64,000 bases of DNA from Candidatus Solibacter sp. Its GTDB lineage: Bacteria; Acidobacteriota; Terriglobia; Bryobacterales; Bryobacteraceae. Shown in pieces: positions 19,098-27,624 of the stretch. Each line of letters starts with the position of its first letter. Position 1 is the first letter of the stretch. The translations under genes were made by a program, and so were the position numbers. The stretch lies in contig JBEKDV010000001.1 in NCBI GenBank assembly GCA_050014175.1, positions 19,265 through 83,264 on the forward strand, given 5' to 3'. A model generated the notes under the pieces. It saw only the letters and a list, made by a program, of their open reading frames with translations. It was not told where the DNA came from and searched no databases.

Positions 19098-20987
19098 ATG
19101 GCGCAAAGACACTCCGCGGACAATTTGGGCACGTGGAAGGTGCTGCTCCAACTGGCGCGGCCCTACAAGAGACGATTCCTCCTGATCGCCCTCCTGGCGC
19201 TCCTGGGGACGGGCGCCGACCTTCTACAGCCGCTCATCTACCGCACGGCCATCAACGACGTGGCCGGTCTGTTCGTGGATCGCGTGACGGAAAAAGCCGG
19301 TCCTCCGGCGGCACCCACCCAGCCGGACCATATCCGCGACCAGCAATTGGAGCGCCTCGAGAAAACCCAACTGCCCCACCGCCCCGACTATGTCGCCCCG
19401 CGTACTCGCCGGCAGGCCATGACCACGTTGCTGTGGGCGGTCGGCCTGCTCTTTGCCATCAGCGTCTTCGGCTATTTCCTCTCCCTGGCCGCCGACATGC
19501 AAAGCACGGCGGTGGCGTGCTCCATCGAGGCGAACCTGATCCAGGCCACCTTCGGCCACGTCATGCGGCTGCCGCTCGCCTTCTTCAACCGGCGCGCCAG
19601 CGGGGGACTGGCGCGGCGCATCGATCAATCCGACCAGGTGGCGCCCGTGGTTTCGGCCGTGGCGCGCCAGATCGCCCCGGAAGCGATCAGCATCGTCGGC
19701 ATCTGCGCCATCATGCTGACGCAAAGCTGGAGGCTCACGGTGGCGGCGCTGGCCATCCTGCCGGTTTATCTGGTCATCACGCGGCATGCGGCGCGCCGCC
19801 TGGAATCCGGCATGGCCGAGTATTACGTCATGTGGGAGAACGTCTCGGTGCGCATCAACGACGCTCTCGCCGCCATCAAGACCGTCAAGCTATCGGGCGC
19901 CGAAACCCGCGAAGGAGACCGCTTGCAGGCAACTTCCCAGGAGGCTTACGGCGATTATCTGGAACGTACGCGGCTGGGCAACCGCTACCTGTTCCTGCAA
20001 AGCGCGCTGAGCCACTTCAGCAAGGCCCTGGTGCTGGGATACGGCGGTTGGATGGTACTGGACCGGCGGCTGACGCCCGGCGACGTGGTCATGTTCGTCG
20101 CCTACCTGGACCGCATTTACGATCCCATCGATTCGCTGAGCAGCATCGCGGTCAACCTGCAGCAGCACATGGCCTCGCTGCATCGCGCCATCCGCCTGCT
20201 GCACACCCACCCCATGGAACTCGCCGGCGTCGAATTGCGGCCCGGCCCCGGCGCCATCGAATTCCGCCAGGTCGCTTTTGGCTACGGGCCGCAACGCGAG
20301 GTGCTGCGCGGCATCACGTTCACGGCCGACGCCGGCAAGGTCACCGCCATTACCGGGCCATCCGGCGCCGGAAAAACCACTGCCGCGGACCTGCTCCTCA
20401 AACTCTGGGAGCCCGGCTCCGGCGAGATTCGGATTGACGGACAATGCCTCGCCCAGGTGGACCCGTCGTCGGTGCGTCGCGCCATCGGGATGGTGGCCGC
20501 CGATGGCGCGGTTTTCCGCGGAACCCTGGCGGAAAACATCCGCTACAAACGCCCCGGCGCGACCGACCAGGAAGTGCGCTCCGCCGCGCTGGCCGCGGGG
20601 CTCGGAGATCTCCTCGACCGCCTGCCCCAGGGGCTCGCCACGGAAATCGGTGAGCGGGGCGTGGGTTTGTCCGTGGGAGAACGCCAGCGCCTGCAGATCG
20701 CGCGCATCCTGGTGGATCGGCCGCGCATCCTGGTTTTGGACGAAGCCACCGCCAATCTCGACTATGCCACCGAACAGGAGATCAAGAAATCGCTCGGCGG
20801 CCTGGCCTACCGACCCACCACCCTGGTGATCGCCCACCGCTACTCCATGATCAAGGACGCCGATCACGTGATTGTGATGGATCAGGGGCGAATCGTGGAA
20901 CAGGGCACTCCCGATCAACTCATGGCGGCGCGCGGTTGGTTCGCCCATCTTGCGATGCAATCGGCGCCGGACGTTCCGGTCGCCTGA
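19098..20987 (+). CDS. ABC transporter, fused permease/ATPase (MsbA/MdlB-type exporter)
   Basis: Six-TM domain followed by Walker A GPSGAGKTT, signature LSVGERQR and Walker B ILVLDEAT. The ATG at 19098 is preferred over 18981, which overlaps the DUF4160 gene. Confidence 0.85.
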   Translation: MAQRHSADNLGTWKVLLQLARPYKRRFLLIALLALLGTGADLLQPLIYRTAINDVAGLFVDRVTEKAGPPAAPTQPDHIRDQQLERLEKTQLPHRPDYVAPRTRRQAMTTLLWAVGLLFAISVFGYFLSLAADMQSTAVACSIEANLIQATFGHVMRLPLAFFNRRASGGLARRIDQSDQVAPVVSAVARQIAPEAISIVGICAIMLTQSWRLTVAALAILPVYLVITRHAARRLESGMAEYYVMWENVSVRINDALAAIKTVKLSGAETREGDRLQATSQEAYGDYLERTRLGNRYLFLQSALSHFSKALVLGYGGWMVLDRRLTPGDVVMFVAYLDRIYDPIDSLSSIAVNLQQHMASLHRAIRLLHTHPMELAGVELRPGPGAIEFRQVAFGYGPQREVLRGITFTADAGKVTAITGPSGAGKTTAADLLLKLWEPGSGEIRIDGQCLAQVDPSSVRRAIGMVAADGAVFRGTLAENIRYKRPGATDQEVRSAALAAGLGDLLDRLPQGLATEIGERGVGLSVGERQRLQIARILVDRPRILVLDEATANLDYATEQEIKKSLGGLAYRPTTLVIAHRYSMIKDADHVIVMDQGRIVEQGTPDQLMAARGWFAHLAMQSAPDVPVA

Positions 20988-21010
20988 TAGGTGAGGCGGG
21001 CGCTGGCTGG

Positions 21011-21060
21011 AAGAATGCCCCCACGAATGGGGGCATGGCAGCCCAGGAGGGCTACTCTAC
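21011..21060. repeat. REP family B copy
   Basis: aagaatgcccccacgaatgggggcatggcagcccaggagggctactctac. It overlaps the stop codon of the minus-strand gene at 21052. Confidence 0.85.
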
Positions 21061-22548
21061 GGGGTTGCGATCCCAAAAGATGGTGCAGTCCTCCATATCG
21101 ACGTGCTGCTTGTAGAGAGTCTTCAAACCGTAGTTGGTAATCTCTTCATCGTCACAACTGTAGGCGGTGGCGAACATTCCCGATTGCAACTGCCGTTTGA
21201 CGGCGGCTTCGTTGAGGATGTGCATCAGCGCCGCTTCGGCCGGCGGCAGGTTCACCAAATGCGTGTAGGACAATTCGTAGCCCGGTGGCGGCGTGCGTTT
21301 GGTCAGGAAATAGAGCTGCTCGACGCCGTATATTGGGGCGTTGGGCGGCGTCACCTGATCCACCTTCGCGGCCAGGCGCTGGTAGGTGCTCCAGGTATCC
21401 ATCTCGCGGCGGTCGTAGAGCGTTCTACCCAACCCCAGTGCAAGAAGCACCGCGAGCACCAGCACAGGCCATAGCGGGCGATTCACCTCGAAGGCATGGG
21501 AGAGCGCGAACAACCCGGCCACCGCCAGGATTGCGAGAAACGGCACGGTCAGCAGGAAGTATCGCGCGAAGGTGGGATGGGCGCGGCCAACCTCCGCGGA
21601 TAGGGCCGCCGCGAGCCACGCACACAAGTAAAACTCGGCCTTCAAGCGATTCGGCCAAGCACTCTGGCGCACCACGTACACCAGGCCGCCGAGCGCCAGC
21701 AGCCCGAGCAGCAGAGCCTGACCGCTGTCGATCCAGGAAGTCAGGATCTCCAGGTCATGGCGCGTCGTCTCCGGCCAGTAGAGCCTGCGAAAGAAGGCGT
21801 GATATCGAAACACGTTGAACCACGTCTGCCGGGGTCCGCGGGCAAACAGCCAGAACACGGGCATGAAAGGAATCGATATCCCGAGAGCGAAAGCCTCGAC
21901 CTTCTTCCACCGGCTCCCGGCGCGGTTGTAGAACAGCATCCAGAACAGCAACACGGGGGCAGCGGCGGCCGAAAGCAGGGACGACGCCGCGGCCATGCCG
22001 GCGCAGAAGCCCACCGCGGCGGACGGCAGCCAGCCGTCGCGATCCACCGCGCGCACCGCCAGCCGGAAGCCGGCGGCCAGTCCGAACAGGCAGATGCCGT
22101 ACGCCTGCAACGGGCCATACACGAACACCGGTCCGTTCAGCCCGATTCCCAGTGCCGCCACAATCGCTCCCGCAACGCGCCATCCGCCCACCGGGAAGCG
22201 GCGCAACACATAATCCGCTATCAGTACGACCGCGCCGATGGTGAAGAGCGCCGCCAGGAGGTGCGGCCCGCGCCAGTTCGAGCCCAGGGCGCGCATCCAC
22301 GCGGCGTTCCAATAAGCGTTCAGGGGCGTCTGCGGGAAGCAGAAATCGATGTATGGCGTTTTGCCGGCGGCGATCAGTTGCGCCGCCAGCAGATGATAAC
22401 CTTCATCCGGCGTGAAAGCCCGGGTCTCCGCGTAGACCAGGAAGACCGCGGCGTACAGCGACAGCACGCCGTAAAGCCAAAAGTTGGAAGAGCCGCGGCT
22501 CTGGCCGCTCTCGAAAGAAGAAGAGCCCACTATTAGGCATTGTGGCAC
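21052..22548 (-). CDS. Polytopic membrane glycosyltransferase, GT39/ArnT (PMT_2)-like
   Basis: TPDEGYHLLAAQLIAAGKTPYIDF loop motif after TM1, more than 10 TM segments and a soluble C-terminal domain. Confidence 0.65.
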   Translation of the reverse strand: MPQCLIVGSSSFESGQSRGSSNFWLYGVLSLYAAVFLVYAETRAFTPDEGYHLLAAQLIAAGKTPYIDFCFPQTPLNAYWNAAWMRALGSNWRGPHLLAALFTIGAVVLIADYVLRRFPVGGWRVAGAIVAALGIGLNGPVFVYGPLQAYGICLFGLAAGFRLAVRAVDRDGWLPSAAVGFCAGMAAASSLLSAAAAPVLLFWMLFYNRAGSRWKKVEAFALGISIPFMPVFWLFARGPRQTWFNVFRYHAFFRRLYWPETTRHDLEILTSWIDSGQALLLGLLALGGLVYVVRQSAWPNRLKAEFYLCAWLAAALSAEVGRAHPTFARYFLLTVPFLAILAVAGLFALSHAFEVNRPLWPVLVLAVLLALGLGRTLYDRREMDTWSTYQRLAAKVDQVTPPNAPIYGVEQLYFLTKRTPPPGYELSYTHLVNLPPAEAALMHILNEAAVKRQLQSGMFATAYSCDDEEITNYGLKTLYKQHVDMEDCTIFWDRNPVE

Positions 22549-22561
22549 AGCCTTGGTTCGG

Positions 22562-23146
22562 TTACCCCGCCGGCAACGGGGCCGCCGGACGGCGCCGTTC
22601 CACTTCCCGCCGCAGCATCGTCAGCAGCCGCTCGATTCCGCTGTCCCAATCGGGAAACAGGTCGATGTATTGCAATTCGTGTTGGATGGTTCGCGGCACG
22701 GGGCACTCGTCCAGCCGCAGCGGAACGATATAGATCTCATCCAGCGGCACCTGCCGGGCGCAATCGAGCGCGTAGCGTAGTTCCGACTGGAATCCACCCT
22801 TTTTTCGTACCGAGTTCCCCGAAAAACAAGCTACGAAAAAATCGGAGCTTTCGATGGCGGCCTCGATCGCCCGCGGCCAGTTCTGCCCGGCCAGCAGTTT
22901 CCGCACGTCCATCCAGGGACTGAAGCCCGCGCGGTTCAGATCTTCGTAGAGCCGACTGGCGAGCACTTCATCCTCCCTGCCGTAGGCGATGAATACCTGC
23001 GGCAACGCTCGCGGTACGAAGCGGAATCCCCGCCGCGCGTCGGGGTAGAAGACGCCCAACCCGTCGATCTCCACCGTCTTCCCGGCGGCTACCCCGCGCG
23101 CCACAATTCGCGCCACTTGTTGGCAGGCGTCGCAGCATTTAGGCAC
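22562..23146 (-). CDS. TIR-domain protein with a short HU-like (helix + GLGxF) N-terminal module
   Basis: VFIAYGREDEVLASRLYEDLNRAGFSPWMDVRKLLAGQNWPRAIEAAIESSDFFVACFS...FQSELRYAL is a TIR_2-type domain. GTG at 23144-23146 is preceded by GGGAGGGAAG. The ATG at 23248 would overlap the upstream gene by 110 nt. Confidence 0.7.
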   Translation of the reverse strand: MPKCCDACQQVARIVARGVAAGKTVEIDGLGVFYPDARRGFRFVPRALPQVFIAYGREDEVLASRLYEDLNRAGFSPWMDVRKLLAGQNWPRAIEAAIESSDFFVACFSGNSVRKKGGFQSELRYALDCARQVPLDEIYIVPLRLDECPVPRTIQHELQYIDLFPDWDSGIERLLTMLRREVERRRPAAPLPAG

Positions 23147-23348
23147 GCCGCTTCCCTCCCTCCCGTTGGAAAACCAACCGGCCGTCGGCTCCCGGCCGAA
23201 AGCACCCCAAACCGGGAAGCCTCGTTTCTTTCCCGTGGCGCAGGCCATCGAGTATCTCCTGAACCATTCGATCCAGCCGGTCGGCCGCCTCGCCTCGTGT
23301 TCCGCCCGACTGACGGGCCATCTTTTTCGCGATTTCAGGCTTCTTCAT
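23139..23348 (-). CDS. Small HU/IHF-superfamily-like protein (truncated; no DNA-wrapping arm)
   Basis: 69 aa: MKKPEIAKKMARQSG.TRGEAADRLDRMVQEILDGLRHGKETRLPGLGCF follows the HU helix1-helix2-strand pattern. 8-nt overlap with the TIR gene. Confidence 0.55.
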   Translation of the reverse strand: MKKPEIAKKMARQSGGTRGEAADRLDRMVQEILDGLRHGKETRLPGLGCFRPGADGRLVFQREGGKRRA

Positions 23349-23576
23349 TCCGATTTCACTCTAGCAACCCAAAAAAGGCCGAAACCGCAAGGGCTATCCC
23401 AGTGCCGGGATAACCCTTTATTTTTGAAAGATTTCGCAAATTGAAAAAAACTGGAAACTGTTGTGAATCGCACATGAAGCGATTTTAATTGAGCGTTAAG
23501 AGACACTTCATGTGAGGTTGGATATGATAACCGCAGACGACAAGCAAGTTCGTCAACCTCCAAGGAGAACCGCACA

Positions 23577-23720
23577 ATGAAGAAACTGTTGACTTTGATG
23601 CTCGGCATGGCGTTCGTTTTCACGACCGTGGCCGTAACCTTCGGCCAGGACACCACCAAGAAGGAAGACACAGGCAAGAAGAAGGCCAAGAAGAAGAAGG
23701 CCGACACCACCAAGAGCTAA
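23577..23720 (+). CDS. Secreted Lys-rich micropeptide precursor (47 aa)
   Basis: AAGGAG RBS about 9 nt upstream. MKKLLTLMLGMAFVFTTVAVTFG / QDTTKKEDTGKKKAKKKKADTTKS. Own intrinsic terminator. A paralogue lies about 400 bp downstream. Too short for the ORF track. Confidence 0.6.
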   Translation: MKKLLTLMLGMAFVFTTVAVTFGQDTTKKEDTGKKKAKKKKADTTKS

Positions 23721-23737
23721 GCTTTCCTACGTCACTT

Positions 23738-23790
23738 TGCTGGCAAGCCGCGTAGCTCCTGCTGCGCGGCCATCCAGCATGTTTTTTCTC
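23738..23790 (+). terminator. Rho-independent terminator after the first micropeptide gene
   Basis: tgctggcaagccgcg ... cgcggccatccagca stem followed by tgttttttct. Confidence 0.65.
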
Positions 23791-23971
23791 CCTCCTCCGT
23801 ACCAACCTCCCCACAATCCAGTCGCTCTGACAAGCTGTTGATTTGCCTTTGTTTTGCCTTTGAGTTGTAAGTGAACCTACTTTAACTGTGCGTTAAGGGA
23901 TCCTTCACATCGGGTTCGCTATGATGTTTTTGAAGACGCCCAAACGTCCACCAATTCCAGGAGATATCACC

Positions 23972-24118
23972 ATGAAAAAACTGATGACTTTGATGCTCGG
24001 CCTGTCGCTCGCCCTCGGCAGCGTAGCCGTTGCTTTCTCGCAGGACACGACTTCCACCAAGAAGACCAGCAAGAAGAAGGCGCCCAAGAAGAAGAAGGGC
24101 GACACCACCAAGAGCTAA
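23972..24118 (+). CDS. Secreted Lys-rich micropeptide precursor (48 aa), paralogue of 23577-23720
   Basis: AGGAG RBS. MKKLMTLMLGLSLALGSVAVAFS / QDTTSTKKTSKKKAPKKKKGDTTKS. Same QDTT...DTTKS ends and the same 3-prime flank (agctaagctttcc). Confidence 0.6.
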   Translation: MKKLMTLMLGLSLALGSVAVAFSQDTTSTKKTSKKKAPKKKKGDTTKS

Positions 24119-24133
24119 GCTTTCCGTGCAAAA

Positions 24134-24163
24134 CGCCGGATTGCTTTCATCGGCAATCCGGCG
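24134..24163 (-). terminator. Perfect 11-bp-stem hairpin; T-run on the minus strand (likely galU terminator, possibly bidirectional)
   Basis: cgccggattgc-tttcatcg-gcaatccggcg. The minus-strand reading is followed by ttttgcac. Confidence 0.55.
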
Positions 24164-24267
24164 CCAATCCTCCCCCAGTTGTTCCCTTTTCTTCTCCCGC
24201 CTGCCTTTCGGATGAAACCCCAATCAGTGCGCGTGCACCTTCTCTGCCGCCGAACGAGCCTGTCCGC

Positions 24268-25152
24268 CTACAGTTTGAGGCCCTTCAAGTACTCGCGGAA
24301 GGGGCCGCCCAAATCGTGGCGGCGCAGGGCGAATTCCACGGTCGCTTTGAGGAAGCCGAGCTTGTCGCCGGCATCGTAGCGCGTGCCTTCGAAACGATAG
24401 GCGTAGATCGGCCGGGTGCGCAACAAGTGGCGCAGGGCATCGGTGAGTTGGATTTCGCCGCCGCTGCCGGGGTCGATCGCCTGTAGCGAACCGAAAATCT
24501 CCGGCGTCAGCACGTAGCGTCCGATGATCGCCAGGTTCGATGGCGCTTCGTTTTGTTTGGGCTTTTCCACCAGGTCGCGGATGCGGTAGACGCGGTCGTT
24601 CATCCCGTTGTGCGTCACCGGCTCGGCGTCGATAGCGCCGTAGGAGGAGATGTTCTCCGGCGGCACTTCCATGACGGCCAGCACCGGCGCGCAGAAGAAG
24701 TTGTAGATGTCCAGCAACTGGCGCAGGCAAGGTGTTTCGGCCTCGATGACGTCGTCGGCCAGCACCACCGCGAAAGGCTCTTCGCCCACCAGTTCCTTGG
24801 CGCGCAGCACGGCGTGGCCCAGACCCAGGGCCTCCCTCTGGCGTACGTAGGAGACATCGATCATGTCGGAAATGTTGCGCACGATGGCCAGCAAATCCTT
24901 CTTCTTGCGCGTTTCCAGCAGGTACTCCAGCTCGAAGCTGACATCGAAATGGTCCTCGATGGCGGTCTTGCCCCGGCCGGTGACGATGATGATGTTCTGA
25001 ATGCCGGAATGAATCGCCTCCTCTACGCCGTACTGAATGATAGGTTTATCGACGATCGGCAGCATCTCTTTTGGCTGCGCCTTGGTGGCGGGCAGAAAAC
25101 GCGTTCCCAGCCCGGCGGCGGGGAAAACAGCTTTGCGGACTTTAGCCGGCAT
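24268..25152 (-). CDS. galU: UTP--glucose-1-phosphate uridylyltransferase
   Basis: KAVFPAAGLGTRFLPATKAQPKEMLPIVDKPIIQY N-terminus and LADD motif; 294 aa. Confidence 0.9.
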   Translation of the reverse strand: MPAKVRKAVFPAAGLGTRFLPATKAQPKEMLPIVDKPIIQYGVEEAIHSGIQNIIIVTGRGKTAIEDHFDVSFELEYLLETRKKKDLLAIVRNISDMIDVSYVRQREALGLGHAVLRAKELVGEEPFAVVLADDVIEAETPCLRQLLDIYNFFCAPVLAVMEVPPENISSYGAIDAEPVTHNGMNDRVYRIRDLVEKPKQNEAPSNLAIIGRYVLTPEIFGSLQAIDPGSGGEIQLTDALRHLLRTRPIYAYRFEGTRYDAGDKLGFLKATVEFALRRHDLGGPFREYLKGLKL

Positions 25153-25197
25153 AGACTACCAGTTTGGTGCAGCCGGCGGCGATTTGGCAACTCAGAT

Positions 25198-26295
25198 TTA
25201 ATCGCCGGCGGATGAATCCGGACGTGGGGTAAAGCTCCAGCCCAGGCTGTAGAGCGCGTCGAGCCACTTTTCCCGGTGGGTTTTCATGGTCGAAATGGTC
25301 AGCATCAGCAGGATCACCACCACGGCGGCGAAGGCGGTCTGCGGGACGTTGAGGTTGTCCTTCAGCAGCCAGGAAGCGTGGCCGTATACCAGTTCGATGT
25401 GCACCCAGTACACCAGCAGGGAGGTGACTCCGAACTGGCGGATCCAGCTCCACCCTTGGCCCGCGCCATAACGCGTCCAGAGGTAGGCGAAGGAAACCAT
25501 GAGGAACAGCACGCCCACCTTGGTCAGAACCTGCGCCGGGCTGTTGAGCCAGAACTCCGATTTGGCGTAGATGGTGAAGGAGGAGTTCGCCATGTACTGG
25601 CACACCAGGATGAGCGCGCCGCCCACCAGCGCGGCCCACCGCATGCAGCGGCCGGTGGCGTCGCGCGGAATGGCGCGGATCACGCTGCCGGCGCTGACAC
25701 CGAAGGCAAGGTACGCGCCCCAGGGAAAGATGCCGAAGGAATTGTAGTCGGGGATGAGGTAGTTGCGCACGATCCACGGCACGCCGCTCCAGTTCATCCC
25801 GGAGATCACCGGGGAAACGAGCGCGATCCCGAGGCCGAGCACGGCGCACAAGCGGATCCGCGCCGCCGTCTTGAACAGGGCCATCGCCGAAAGCAGCGCA
25901 ATCGAAATTCCCATGCAGTTGAGAACATCCACCTTGAACACCCCCTGCCAGGGTGCGGGGAACCCGGTGAAGACCCAGAGTTGCAGACGGAAGGCGAAGG
26001 CCAGGAAGAAAAGATAGCCGGACCGGCGCAGCGATTCGAGCACGCGCTCGCGCGGAGCCATGCCCTTGCGCTCGATGCTGTCCATGAGAAACGCCAGTGT
26101 TATGCCCGTCAGGAAGAGGAACAGGGCGGGCGGCATTCCGCCTACGAACTGCGACAACGTATAGGCCCCCGCGGTCTTCAGTTCGGGCCGCAAAAACGAG
26201 TGGAACACGTGTCCCTGCAACATGATGACGGCGCCGATGCCGCGCACCCAATCCAGGTACTCCAGACGATACGAGCTGGTCTTGGTCTTCTCCAT
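25198..26295 (-). CDS. Polytopic membrane protein, DUF1624 / heparan-alpha-glucosaminide N-acetyltransferase-like
   Basis: RLEYLDWVRGIGAVIMLQGHVFHSF N-terminal motif and about 10 TM helices. Confidence 0.65.
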   Translation of the reverse strand: MEKTKTSSYRLEYLDWVRGIGAVIMLQGHVFHSFLRPELKTAGAYTLSQFVGGMPPALFLFLTGITLAFLMDSIERKGMAPRERVLESLRRSGYLFFLAFAFRLQLWVFTGFPAPWQGVFKVDVLNCMGISIALLSAMALFKTAARIRLCAVLGLGIALVSPVISGMNWSGVPWIVRNYLIPDYNSFGIFPWGAYLAFGVSAGSVIRAIPRDATGRCMRWAALVGGALILVCQYMANSSFTIYAKSEFWLNSPAQVLTKVGVLFLMVSFAYLWTRYGAGQGWSWIRQFGVTSLLVYWVHIELVYGHASWLLKDNLNVPQTAFAAVVVILLMLTISTMKTHREKWLDALYSLGWSFTPRPDSSAGD

Positions 26296-26297
26296 AC

Positions 26298-27002
26298 CTA
26301 TTTCAACTTGCCGAACTTAACTCCCTTGGGAAGTTCCAGCTTCAAGTCTTTATCGGCGATATTCGGGTTTAGGTTCACACGGGAATACGTAGAAAGCATG
26401 TAGTCGCCTCCGCCGGTGTGAAATTTCTGCTGTACGGTCCACCCCTTGTCGGAAATCCAGAGTTCGCATTGTTTGACATGCTTCAGGATCTCCCGGTCTT
26501 TTGGCACCAACAGGATACGGGTGGTCTTCTCGCCGTTGACGGCATCCGCCCCTCCCAACGTCACTGTATAGGCGCTTTTCAGTTCGGCGGAGTTACTGCC
26601 GAATCCGAGCAGCATGAATTGGTCCACCACGCCGCGGTTCTTTCCCAGTTCCACCACCTGGGCTTCGTTGGATTGCGGATAAAACACCTGCACTTTACCG
26701 TCTCCGATGGTCACGCTCTGGCGGCGCGGGTCGGTCAAATCGATGCGGATATGGGTATCGTGCGGCTTGACGCGTTTCACCATGATGGTACCGGAGGCCA
26801 CGTCATCGACGTTCACCACGTCGGTGTGCGACACCTTCCGAATGTCGGCGGTGAGCCCCTTGAACGTTGCCGAGGCCTGATCCAGACGCGCCAGCACCGC
26901 GTCCAGCGGAGTGTCCGCGGCCGGCGCGCCAAGACTCGCGCCGGCAAGAGCGAGCTGGGCGCCGCTCAGCACGAACAAAGTACGATACCAGATCATGGCC
27001 AA
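26298..27002 (-). CDS. LolA-like outer-membrane lipoprotein carrier / lipoprotein-sorting fold protein
   Basis: Signal peptide, then LDAVLARLDQASATFKGLTADIRKVSH, typical of LolA-family N-termini; 234 aa. Confidence 0.5.
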   Translation of the reverse strand: MAMIWYRTLFVLSGAQLALAGASLGAPAADTPLDAVLARLDQASATFKGLTADIRKVSHTDVVNVDDVASGTIMVKRVKPHDTHIRIDLTDPRRQSVTIGDGKVQVFYPQSNEAQVVELGKNRGVVDQFMLLGFGSNSAELKSAYTVTLGGADAVNGEKTTRILLVPKDREILKHVKQCELWISDKGWTVQQKFHTGGGDYMLSTYSRVNLNPNIADKDLKLELPKGVKFGKLK

Positions 27003-27050
27003 ACCAACTCCTCTCTTCGAAGACGCGGCGCGGACTCCGGCAGAGTACGC

Positions 27051-27401
27051 TCACTGGCGCGCAAACGCCATGTACCCTTGCAGTTCGCCTTCCGAATCGA
27101 GAATCGGCTCGACCCGGGTGACAGACAGGTTACGGTTGCTCATGCGAGACCGCAGGGCCGCGGTCAGCTTGGCGACGCGCTGATTCTCGGCGGTTCCCGC
27201 CAGCAACTGCGCATCCACAAAGAACACCGTACTCCCGTTTTCCGTCGGCAGCAGCGCAATGCTGCTGGCGTGTGGAATACGGGGCTGATCGCGGAACCAG
27301 TCGCGCGGGGTGAGGAAGATGAACGCGAGGATAATGGCGACGATGACGTCGTACTGCCAACTCGCACGCGGAAAGTCCCACAGGATGAATCGCTTCAGCA
27401 T
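27051..27401 (-). CDS. Small membrane-anchored hypothetical protein
   Basis: 116 aa with one TM (YDVIVAIILAFIFL). No family recognised. Confidence 0.45.
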   Translation of the reverse strand: MLKRFILWDFPRASWQYDVIVAIILAFIFLTPRDWFRDQPRIPHASSIALLPTENGSTVFFVDAQLLAGTAENQRVAKLTAALRSRMSNRNLSVTRVEPILDSEGELQGYMAFARQ

Positions 27402-27576
27402 CTGCTACTCGATATTGTAACTCAAACCGTACTCAGTCACACGCGATCAAAAAAAAGTCTTTGGCCTGCAACTGTCTTTTATTGCTATGACTTAGCCATT
27501 TTTGGCTAGGTTGGGCGCAGGGCTGGGGCAGGGGGGGTGCGCGCTAAACTGAAGTCGGTAGGAGAGTTCCCCATCT

Positions 27577-27612
27577 AAACCCGCACCGGTCCCGGTGCGG
27601 GTTTTGCATTTT
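27577..27612 (+). terminator. Strong intrinsic-terminator-like hairpin immediately upstream of the RBS of the 27625 gene
   Basis: aaacccgcaccgg-tc-ccggtgcgggttt followed by tgcatttt, then GGAGGG-N5-ATG. Confidence 0.6.
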
Positions 27613-27624
27613 CCGGAGGGTAGG

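Noticed and set aside
23139-23248. ATG at 23248 as the start of the TIR gene, or a frameshifted single HU-HU-TIR fusion
   Set aside because: It would create a 110-nt overlap with the HU-like gene, and the extra residues (MACATGKKRGFPVWGAFG...) look non-coding. A GTG at 23146 with a strong RBS gives an 8-nt coupled overlap. A sequencing frameshift cannot be excluded but is not needed.
23345-24223. Minus-strand ORFs 23345-23713, 23620-23814, 23882-24223 and 23905-24111
   Set aside because: They are antisense to the two micropeptide genes. Their hydrophobic F/L-rich stretches are just the complement of Lys (AAG/AAA) runs, and they have no RBS or conserved features.
27500-27576. Leader resembling a c-di-GMP (GEMM-like) riboswitch because of GCGCAGGGC
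   Set aside because: Only a short chance-level similarity. I could not place the conserved helices or the tetraloop-receptor features by eye. It is kept only as an unclassified leader.
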